From Candidatus Bathyarchaeota archaeon (GTDB lineage: Archaea; Thermoproteota; Bathyarchaeia; Bathyarchaeales; Bathycorpusculaceae): a stretch of DNA of 64,000 nt. The translations under genes and the position numbers were made by a program. Positions 11,601 to 18,833 of the stretch are shown one piece after another. The stretch covers positions 800,001 to 864,000 of the forward strand of contig CAWABA010000006.1 of assembly GCA_963780185.1 (NCBI GenBank). The letters run 5' to 3'. Position 1 is the first letter of the stretch, and every line of letters begins with the position of its first letter. The notes beneath the pieces were generated by a model. It searched no databases and was not told the DNA's origin. It saw only the letters and a list, made by a program, of their open reading frames with translations.

Positions 11601-11729
11601 CTGCGAGTCATGGTTAAAAAGCTACTTAAGAAATACAAGTACCCGCCTGACAAACAGGAAAAAGCCACGCAAACGGTATTGGACCAAGCTAAACTGCTCT
11701 GCAAAGACTGGGCAGAAACACAAAACTAA
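8615..11729 (+). CDS. hsdR: Type I restriction endonuclease subunit R; three apparent frameshifts (~10754, ~10850, ~11100)
   Basis: [17 protein letters not shown] nuclease motif, [25 protein letters not shown]; C-terminus ([12 protein letters not shown]) continues across three frames. Confidence 0.93.
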
Positions 11730-11983
11730 CCCATCCAGCGCAAAAACTCTCAAAAAAGCCTGTTCCGCATGGAAAGAACAGAAAAGTTTAGGCGACGGTT
11801 ACTTCTTTTTTTGCTATGCCTTCAACCCATTAGGGGAACTATTTTGCTGGCTCTTAGAATCTCCAGGAAAATTTTGTAGGTCATAGCGCTCTCGCCTTGC
11901 TGGATAGAAGGTTATGATAACTAAAAAGTTTTTTTCGCCGCCTTCTCTGGTGCTGTGTTGCTGAGCGGTTGGGTCCATGCCAC

Positions 11984-12001
11984 TTTTGTAATATTACAAA
12001 A
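11984..12001. promoter_or_regulatory. Perfect 18-bp palindrome TTTTGTAATATTACAAAA
   Basis: Read directly; intergenic between convergent hsdR and the CdvA-like gene. Confidence 0.4.
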
Positions 12002-12114
12002 CCTCAAGCAGAAGCCGCCCTTTCCACGCAACTTTCAACTCAAACCCGTAAAAGAATCCAAGCCCAAACCAAAAAAGCAACCCAAAACAAGCCCCCTAAA
12101 ATCCGCCAACCCAA

Positions 12115-12220
12115 GAAGGGTACCCTCATTTTTACATCCAAAAGCCAAGGTAAAGATGGGTTGGAGACCGGGGGAGGGGGTCTAGTATTTACATCAAAAA
12201 ACAAACACAAATACTAGCCC
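12115..12220. repeat. Dispersed hairpin-linker repeat, copy 1 (REP/BIME-like)
   Basis: GGGTACCCTCATTTTTAC...GTAAAGATGGGT hairpin, GACCGGGGGAGGGG linker, second hairpin CTAGTATTT...AAATACTAG; homologous to 56147-56320. Confidence 0.7.
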
Positions 12221-12269
12221 AAAAAAGATGACAAAAAAATAAAAAGAAAAAGATTGTTGAAGAATGCGT

Positions 12270-13466
12270 TTATTCGTGGTTATTGGAGTCTTCTGTTTCT
12301 GCTGCGGCTTCGTTTGCGTCTGTTTCTTGTGTCGTCTCCGGTTGCGCCGCTTGGGGCGCTTCTAAAGGGTGGGCTGGAACTTGTACCTCCTCCAGTATAA
12401 CCGGCTCGATGACGGCTTGCATTTCGGGCTCCATCACTTTATCAAGCGTTGTTTCAATTGGGGCAACTTCCGACGCAACCTCAAACGCGTCAATCGCCGC
12501 TTCAACCTCAGGCTCCTTGGCCGCCTCAACCTCAACAGCAACTTCAGATGCTGCAACCTCAACGGCTGCTTCCTCAACAACTGGCGCTGCTTCAATCGGG
12601 GCTGCTGCTTCCAAGTTAATGACTGGCTCTTCGGGGGCAAGAACGGTTATCGCTGGCTCTTCAGGGGCAACTTCAGGCTCAACAATGGTAATCGGAGCGG
12701 CTTCTGCGATAGCAACCTCAACAACAGGGGTCTCAACCGGCGCAGCTTCTACTGCAGCTTCAACGGGGGCAACTTCGACAACGGGAGCGGTTTCCACGGG
12801 AGTTTCAATGGGGGCGGCTTCGATCGGGGCAACGGTTTCAGCGGGCGCTGCTTCTATCGGGGCGGCTTCAACTGGGGCTGCTTCGGCTTTTGCCGCTTCA
12901 ACTGCAATCTCAACTGGAGCAGACTCAACGATGGTAGCTTCAATGGGCGCTGGCTCTGCAACGGCTTCAATTGTTGGAGCTTCAACAATGATGGGGGCGG
13001 GGGCTGGTTCTTCGATTGCGGGCGGAGCAACTTCCACAATTGCGGGGGCAACTGGCTCTGGGGCTGCGGGCATCGTTGGAGATGAAAGCTGATTTGTAAC
13101 CTGTTTTATCGTGGTTAACTCGTTCTTGGTTGTTTCTAATCCGGTTGACAGAAGGCTTATTTCTCTTTGGTAGATGTCTTCGTCAATTTCTCCGGCTACA
13201 TGCTGAATCTCATAGCTGGCGAGAAGAGTTTCCAAAGTTTTAAGCTGATTCTCCAAATCCTGAGTTTTCGACTGCATTCCTGCAACGAGTTCTTTTTGCT
13301 GCTTCTCAATGGCAACGATGGCCGCGCTGATCTCTATGTTAAAAGAGTCTCTGGTCGACTGTGAAATTCTGCCGCTTGAATAAAGATTGTCTAATGCTTG
13401 CTGCTTTTTCTTAGCAATTTCGTATTCTTCATTTAACCTTTTAAATGTATATTTCCATGAAATCAA
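12270..13466 (-). CDS. CdvA-like coiled-coil protein with a long acidic Ala/Glu/Pro-rich tail
   Basis: ISWKYTFKRLNEEYEIAKKKQQALDNL...GRISQST...GEIDEDIY coiled coil recalled from CdvA-like proteins; TTG at 13466 is the likely start (ORF track 13526). Confidence 0.75.
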   Translation of the reverse strand: MISWKYTFKRLNEEYEIAKKKQQALDNLYSSGRISQSTRDSFNIEISAAIVAIEKQQKELVAGMQSKTQDLENQLKTLETLLASYEIQHVAGEIDEDIYQREISLLSTGLETTKNELTTIKQVTNQLSSPTMPAAPEPVAPAIVEVAPPAIEEPAPAPIIVEAPTIEAVAEPAPIEATIVESAPVEIAVEAAKAEAAPVEAAPIEAAPAETVAPIEAAPIETPVETAPVVEVAPVEAAVEAAPVETPVVEVAIAEAAPITIVEPEVAPEEPAITVLAPEEPVINLEAAAPIEAAPVVEEAAVEVAASEVAVEVEAAKEPEVEAAIDAFEVASEVAPIETTLDKVMEPEMQAVIEPVILEEVQVPAHPLEAPQAAQPETTQETDANEAAAETEDSNNHE

Positions 13467-13766
13467 TTCTAAGGCACCGAACACTTTTAACGCAAAACAA
13501 CAAATAACGTTTCTTAACATGCACATATATCGGTAACTATTAAAATCAGCACTTCAGCCAGCGAAATAGAAACTTTGCAGTAAAATTCCGCACTGCCCAT
13601 ACATGGTTATGCATTGGAAAAGCAAAATATTTTCTGGCACCTTTCCAAGAAATTGACATTTACATGTTAATTGTGACAACTGCCACACCGCGTTATGCAC
13701 GATATATGATCCAGAATCGAAGCTGGGGCAGTGGATGTTGAATAATCGATTTCACCCATGTTGAGG

Positions 13767-13799
13767 CTTGTTTAAACTTGTTTAAACTTGTTATAACAA
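13767..13799. promoter_or_regulatory. Putative operator: (CTTGTTTAAA)x2 + CTTGTTATAA with palindrome TTGTTATAACAA
   Basis: Read directly; about 25 bp upstream of the TTATATAT TATA box of padR. Confidence 0.45.
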
Positions 13800-13866
13800 A
13801 CTATTCCAAATCCGAATAAAACTTATATATCTAAACAAGAATAAACAATGGCGAGCGTGCAAAAAC

Positions 13867-14226
13867 ATGGTGGCATTAACAATAACCGTAAACGGCGAAA
13901 GAAGCGAAGCCCGAATAATCAAAAAAATGCATGAAAGAGTAATCAAAACCTTCATGGACACAATAATAATGAGCGAACTCCAAAACGGCCCAATAAGCGG
14001 CTACGACGTCATTTCATTCATACACAACAAATTCGGCTTCCTCGTCAGCTCAGGCACAGTATACTCACTTCTCTACTCCCTGGAGAGAAACCAGCTGGTT
14101 GAAGGCGCATGGATCGAACGCAAAAGAGTATACAAACTCACCGAAAAAGGCGCAAGAACAATCCAGACAATCCTCAACTCACATGACAAAATCAAAAGCT
14201 TCATGGCAACCGTCCTAAAAGCTTAA
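13867..14226 (+). CDS. PadR family transcriptional regulator
   Basis: SGYDVI...SSGTVYSLLYSLER...RKRVYKLTEKG wHTH signature. Confidence 0.92.
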   Translation: MVALTITVNGERSEARIIKKMHERVIKTFMDTIIMSELQNGPISGYDVISFIHNKFGFLVSSGTVYSLLYSLERNQLVEGAWIERKRVYKLTEKGARTIQTILNSHDKIKSFMATVLKA

Positions 14227-14319
14227 ACAACCCCTCAACTATTTCTTTTTAGTGAAGTTTTAATAGAAACGCTAAAAAACCCCCCGCACATTTTCCTATA
14301 GCCGCAACAAACTTCGAGC

Positions 14320-14397
14320 GGGTCCGTAGCTCAGTCAGGCTAGAGCACCGGACTTTTAATCCGGGGGTCGCGGGTTCAATTCCCGTCGGACCCGCCA
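14320..14397 (+). tRNA. tRNA-Lys(UUU), intronless, CCA encoded
   Basis: Acceptor stem GGGTCCG/CGGACCC, anticodon arm CCGGA-CTTTTAA-TCCGG, T-loop GTTCAATT, ends GCCA. Confidence 0.96.
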
Positions 14398-14538
14398 TAG
14401 TTTGGCGTTATGAGTCAGTAGATTTTTTCTAGGGGTGAGATTTCATTTCTTGAAACTTTTCTGCATCTTCTTTGTGCGAAATCAGAATCAGGATAGCTTT
14501 AAATTCATTAAGAAACAATCAGACAAGCGGAGAACTTT

Positions 14539-15251
14539 ATGCCCTTCTGCGAAAACTGTGGGTCACAAGTTAACCCCGATGCAAAATTCTGCCGCAACTG
14601 CGGAGCCACCTTAAACAAGCCAACGGTTAATGCCCAGCCCAATCCCGTCGCCTACGCAGAGTTTTTCTCCATCACCTGCGCCTCCTGTCACCGCCTCAAG
14701 TCTCGCCTGTCCAAGCTTCGATGGTTCAAGAATCAGCGGGGGTGGGATCCGAGCCGATCTTCGGAGTTATTCTTTTTAGGAAGGAAAAATCGTTCGGGCG
14801 ATGGGACACGTTTAATGGTGTGGTGACGGGTCAACGTTTGATTTTTGCTCAGATGACCAGCGAAATGATGAAGGCAGCTGCGCAGCAGGCAAGGGAGCAG
14901 GCGAAGGCGGAGGGGAAAGGCTTCTTTGGTCAATGGTCGGATCAGCTTAAGGCGACGTACGGTTATTCGCGGAGATATTTGGCGATGGCGCCGTCGGCGA
15001 TTCTTGCGGAGACGCTGGGCAACTTTGAGGTAGGCAACGCCGCGATTAGTGAAATCAGGCTTAGGGAGCGGTTAAGGCGGGAGGATCAGGGGGTTTACGA
15101 GTTTGAGGTGCAGATTCATTCGGCTGCTGGAAAATACGAGTTTGTTATGGATCAGAACGGTGACTTTGTGAAGTTGCTTAAGCAAGTGTATGGTGAAAGA
15201 GTCAAAACGCCTTTGGGATACGTCTCTAAGTCGATAAACATCAAACTCTAA
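14539..15251 (+). CDS. Zinc-ribbon-domain protein, frameshifted in the Pro-rich linker (joins ORFs 14539 and 14721)
   Basis: MPFCENCG...AKFCRNCG zinc ribbon; Pro-rich linker reads in shifted frames into the 14721 ORF. Confidence 0.75.
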
Positions 15252-15334
15252 AATGCTTTTGCTCAGGCACTTCGGTGGCTGGTTTGGAACAGAAAAAGTT
15301 ATAGCTTTAGTGGAGATTATTAGTCTGTGATTTT

Positions 15335-15766
15335 ATGCAGTTCTTTACTGTGACAGACGAATCGAACATTAAACATAAAGTCCTCGTTGTTCCGTTAAGC
15401 GACGGGGAAATGAATGAGCTTATGGCTCAATGCAAAACCTGCATGCCGTCCATCTCCGTTTCGGCTATGGTTCAAAACGGGCACCCGTACGTTATCGTTG
15501 ACTTCGGGGCGGGCGGCTCCTATAAAACGGCGTTGGCGTTGGATGAGGAGTCTGAGGATGGGGACAAAATCGGGGACGAATTGGCGGTTGGAGACCTTTT
15601 GACGGTGATTTTAACTTCGAAGGACAGGGCGGTTAAAGTTTCAAGAGGCAAAGTTTACATGAATGTGCCGTTAGATGAGGTTTTAGCGTTTAGTTTCCTC
15701 TTCACGGCGGATATGGCGGAGAACTACGCAGTTTTCAAAATGTACAAGCAGCCAAGAGCCGAATAA
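15335..15766 (+). CDS. Hypothetical protein
   Basis: 143-aa ORF with an upstream TATA-like element; no recognised motif. Confidence 0.7.
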   Translation: MQFFTVTDESNIKHKVLVVPLSDGEMNELMAQCKTCMPSISVSAMVQNGHPYVIVDFGAGGSYKTALALDEESEDGDKIGDELAVGDLLTVILTSKDRAVKVSRGKVYMNVPLDEVLAFSFLFTADMAENYAVFKMYKQPRAE

Positions 15767-15850
15767 ATCGGCCTAAGCTTTCCCTTTCAGTTTTTGTTGG
15801 TTGTGTTTTGGGTTGCTCGGTTTGTTTGGGGCTTGAGGTGTTTGCAGGTT

Positions 15851-15930
15851 GAGTCAACTATAGTCAATAGTAGTCGTAAATAGTCGTTAATAGTCAGGGA
15901 AAGTCAAGGATAGTCAAGGATAGTCAACAG
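15851..15930. repeat. Tandem array of 8 x 10-bp units with invariant AGTC core (consensus TAGTCAANNA)
   Basis: gagtcaacta tagtcaatag tagtcgtaaa tagtcgttaa tagtcaggga aagtcaagga tagtcaagga tagtcaacag. Confidence 0.85.
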
Positions 15931-16071
15931 TATCAAATCTGGCTTTTGCCGAGCAAGCTACCTGCTTCGTAAGCGAATCGGATGTGCAGTTGCAAAAAAC
16001 AGGGTTCGGTCTCTTGGGAACTTTAGAAAAAAATCGTGGAAAAAAAAGAAAAGGTTGGGTTTTTTTGGTGC

Positions 16072-16215
16072 CTAATCGAAGAGGGGTATGAAGGAGGAGT
16101 TTGGCGCGTTTGGGTTTGCTGCGGTGAACTGCGGCGCGGGGAAGGGTCGTCTTCGTAGGGGCGGTGACGGCATTGGGGATGGGGGTTCTATTTCCAGCGG
16201 GATGTGTTCTATCAG
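16072..16215 (-). CDS. Possible 47-aa Pro-rich small protein coupled to HtrA
   Basis: Open frame (L)IEHIPLEIEPPSPMPSPPLRRRPFPAPQFTAANPNAPNSSFIPLFD; CTG overlaps the HtrA TGA, GGAGG upstream, T-tract downstream. Confidence 0.35.
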   Translation of the reverse strand: MIEHIPLEIEPPSPMPSPPLRRRPFPAPQFTAANPNAPNSSFIPLFD

Positions 16216-17144
16216 TCTTCTTCGCCTCCATGAACAGAGGGCACCACGGTGGCTTCGAGCAGGGTTTCTCTTCGGATGACGGTGAGCTTGGTTTCTTTGC
16301 CTATAACGTCTTCTGCAAGCAGTCGGGGCAGGTCGTAGAAGTCGGTGACTGCTTTGCCGTTGAACTTCACAAGCACATCGCCCATGGCTAACCCTGCTTT
16401 ACGCGCTGGGGAACCTGCCTCAACACTGAAAATCATCACACCAGTCTCCTGCTCCAGTCCTGCTTGCTCCGCGATTTCTTCAGGGATGGCAACGGTGTTT
16501 GCGATTATTCCAAGGTAGCCCCTCTGCGAAACGCGTCCAGTCATAAGGCGGTCTGTGACGACTTTGACTTTGTTGATTGGGATCGCTATGCCTCTCTGCC
16601 AAACGTAAGCTGTGTTTATGCCGATGATTTTGCCTTCGGCGTCTACGAGTGGTCCTCCGCTAAATCCAGGGTTAAGTTGGGCGTCGGTTGCGATGATGTT
16701 TTCCATTTGGGTGGCTCCACGCCATCCTCTGATGGTACTGTTTACGCTGGTGACCATGCCGCTGGTTGCGGTCGGCTGGTTCCTGTTGAATGGGTTAGCC
16801 AGTGCCAAGACATATTGACCTACGTTTAGTTTTTCTGAATCTCCAGTTTCTATGGGTGTGAATCCGCCTTTTTCTGCTTTAAGTAGGGCTAGGTCGCTGT
16901 ATGGGTCTGTGCCGACGATTTTGGCGTTGAAGGTTTTTTCGCCTTGCCCGATTTTGACTGCGCTGCATCCGCCGACGACATGGTTGCATGTAACGATGTA
17001 GCCGTCTGCTGTTAAAACGACGCCTGTGCCATGCGCCATCTCTGCTTTTACGCTGACTACTGACTTTGAAACTTTGCCTATCAGCATACTTGTTGCTTCT
17101 GAGAGTGATTTGAGAACCTCTAACGGGTTAGATATTTGACTCAT
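16212..17144 (-). CDS. HtrA/DegP-like S1C serine protease with PDZ domain
   Basis: VTCNHVV, DLALL, LNPGFSGGPL catalytic motifs; PDZ SPARKAGL; no TM or signal peptide. Confidence 0.93.
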   Translation of the reverse strand: MSQISNPLEVLKSLSEATSMLIGKVSKSVVSVKAEMAHGTGVVLTADGYIVTCNHVVGGCSAVKIGQGEKTFNAKIVGTDPYSDLALLKAEKGGFTPIETGDSEKLNVGQYVLALANPFNRNQPTATSGMVTSVNSTIRGWRGATQMENIIATDAQLNPGFSGGPLVDAEGKIIGINTAYVWQRGIAIPINKVKVVTDRLMTGRVSQRGYLGIIANTVAIPEEIAEQAGLEQETGVMIFSVEAGSPARKAGLAMGDVLVKFNGKAVTDFYDLPRLLAEDVIGKETKLTVIRRETLLEATVVPSVHGGEED

Positions 17145-17305
17145 TTTGTTTTTTCACCGCAAGAGTATATGGCAAAATAGTATATGTTGACTAAGGAACA
17201 CCCAAACCCAGTCACGGATAGGGGCTTGGATGGACTTGGAAACCTAAGATTCACTCGAAACTCTTAAATCCATAACTATAACTATAGTTTAAGCGGGTAG
17301 CCATT

Positions 17306-17506
17306 ATGCCTACAACGGTTCAGGTAAACGAAAAAACTCTTCAAATGCTCAACAAAGCAAAAAAGGAAATGAAGGCGAAAAGCCACGACGAAGTAATAAA
17401 GAAGTTACTTGTCGAACGAGAAAAGATCCCCTGCTCTATGTTCGGCTCAAACCCCAAGCTCACATCATTCACTGAAAAAGACCGAGCTGAGTTTCATGAG
17501 TTGTAA
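17306..17506 (+). CDS. vapB: VapB-type antitoxin
   Basis: MPTTVQV...SHDEVIKKLL...SMFG archaeal antitoxin pattern; overlaps the PIN gene. Confidence 0.8.
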   Translation: MPTTVQVNEKTLQMLNKAKKEMKAKSHDEVIKKLLVEREKIPCSMFGSNPKLTSFTEKDRAEFHEL

Positions 17507-17906
17507 CTACATCATAGACACGTACGCTTGGATCGAATATTTTAAAGCATCCGAAATGGGCAAAGCCGCAAAGGAATTCATAGAAAGTGAGTATTCGGTC
17601 ACTCCGACAATTGTAGTTTCGGAAATCAGTCGGAAACTGAGAAAAGATATTGAGTTGGGAAATGAAACTCGAGAAGGGCGAATACGACGTCTAGAATTCA
17701 TAAGGGCAACAAGCAGGATAGTGGATTTGGATTTTGAAATCGCCGTTGAAGCAGGCGGAATCAATGAGGATTTGAAGGTTGAGACAAAGGGCTGGGGTTT
17801 GGCAGACTCAATAGTTCTGTGCACCGCGAGAAGTCTGAAAGGGAAAGTTGTTACCGGAGACGAACATTTCCGCCGCTTGGACAACGTGGTTTTTGTGAAA
17901 ACTTAA
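17496..17906 (+). CDS. vapC: PIN-domain VapC toxin
   Basis: IIDTYAWIEYF, GLADSIV, VVTGDEHF PIN motifs; ATG at 17496. Confidence 0.92.
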   Translation: MSCNYIIDTYAWIEYFKASEMGKAAKEFIESEYSVTPTIVVSEISRKLRKDIELGNETREGRIRRLEFIRATSRIVDLDFEIAVEAGGINEDLKVETKGWGLADSIVLCTARSLKGKVVTGDEHFRRLDNVVFVKT

Positions 17907-17912
17907 ATTTCT

Positions 17913-17968
17913 TGGTGCTGTGGGGTGGGACTTTAGCCGCGAAGGCCTGCGCGAGAGATTTTAAGTCC
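17913..17968 (-). pseudogene. Degenerate 3' half of tRNA-Leu(UAA); candidate att scar
   Basis: Minus strand GGACTTAAAATCTCTCGCGCAGGCCTTCGCGGCTAAAGTCCCACCCCACAGCACCA follows the layout anticodon TAA, variable arm GCAGGCCTTCG, broken T arm, ...GCACCA end; no 5' half. Confidence 0.65.
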
Positions 17969-18061
17969 CCGAACTTATCAGGCAATCAAAGGCGTTTTAG
18001 TTGGCATGCAATAGCGGTCTACATAACTCATCGTTGAAAAGGCACCTGAAAAAGTGTAAGT

Positions 18062-18712
18062 CTATGCGTCTGCTAGTATGTGAATGAGTAGACGTTGTTC
18101 TGCCTTCCTCAAGTGCTCCCCTAACGTTGCGCTCCCAATGTTAAGCTTTTTAGCAAGTTTCTCTGAATTTATTCTCCGCGGAATGTCATAGTAACCAAGC
18201 TTGTAAGCTGCAATCAAGACCTCCCGTTGCTTTTCAGTTAGCATGCTGAGGGGGGAGTCTGGTGAGAAGTTTGCTTCAGTCAGCAAAACTACTTTATGTC
18301 GAATCCCCAAGGCAGTTGTCTTCTTGATAAATTCGCCTACTTGCTGTTCGCTTCCAAGAAAGGAAATTGTTAGTTTTCCTCCGCGAATTTTAAGCGGGGG
18401 GAACAAATATCCGCTTAATCCTAAATAATCTAGAATTGAGGATAAACTTGGTCCGCCTTTCAAGAAGACGGTGTAGGTTCTGTTTTTTTCTTTTTCAAGC
18501 AGCTGCGCTTCAACTATTAAACCTCCAGCAAGTAGGTCTTCGATTTTGGATGAGTCGTCCTTGAATTCTATCCTGGAAATTACTGCGAATTCTTCATGGT
18601 CTTGCCTTAGGAAATGCAGGAAATCTAAGGATTTTATTTTTTGAAAGGGCATCGTTTCTAATCCAAATTTGGAGAGTTCTTTTTCTGAGATTTCTAAAAT
18701 TAATCGTCGCAT
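18062..18712 (-). CDS. Bacterio-opsin-activator-type (HTH_10) transcription regulator
   Basis: LTEKQREVLIAAYKLGYYDIPRR...LGEHLRKAE. Confidence 0.9.
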   Translation of the reverse strand: MRRLILEISEKELSKFGLETMPFQKIKSLDFLHFLRQDHEEFAVISRIEFKDDSSKIEDLLAGGLIVEAQLLEKEKNRTYTVFLKGGPSLSSILDYLGLSGYLFPPLKIRGGKLTISFLGSEQQVGEFIKKTTALGIRHKVVLLTEANFSPDSPLSMLTEKQREVLIAAYKLGYYDIPRRINSEKLAKKLNIGSATLGEHLRKAEQRLLIHILADA

Positions 18713-18754
18713 AAAAGATACTTTGTTGTCTTTTGATTTATTCTTTTTGTTGAG

Positions 18755-18768
18755 CCGCATCTATGCGG
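18755..18768. promoter_or_regulatory. Inverted repeat CCGCAT-ct-ATGCGG, putative operator
   Basis: Between the divergent HTH regulator and MMPL genes. Confidence 0.45.
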
Positions 18769-18833
18769 TAAAATGTTAATCCGATAGCAAGCAAATGCTT
18801 AACGTTACATGAGTTAGATGGAGTTAGGTTTAA

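Noticed and set aside
3994-11726. ACACAAAAC direct repeat as a target-site duplication of the R-M island
   Set aside because: Only 9 bp in A/C-rich sequence, both copies inside coding regions, and no transposase; likely chance
11820-11885. Minus-strand MTYKIFLEILR... mini-ORF as a RelE remnant
   Set aside because: Only 20 codons with no further motif
12283-13092. Long plus-strand ORFs (269 and 238 aa)
   Set aside because: Antisense shadows of the low-complexity tail of the CdvA-like gene
14320-14397. tRNA-Lys as the attachment site of an integrated element
   Set aside because: I found no duplicate of its 3' end and no integrase in the window (searched by eye)
15851-15930. CRISPR array
   Set aside because: Units are 10 bp with no spacers of 30 bp or more, and no cas genes are in the window
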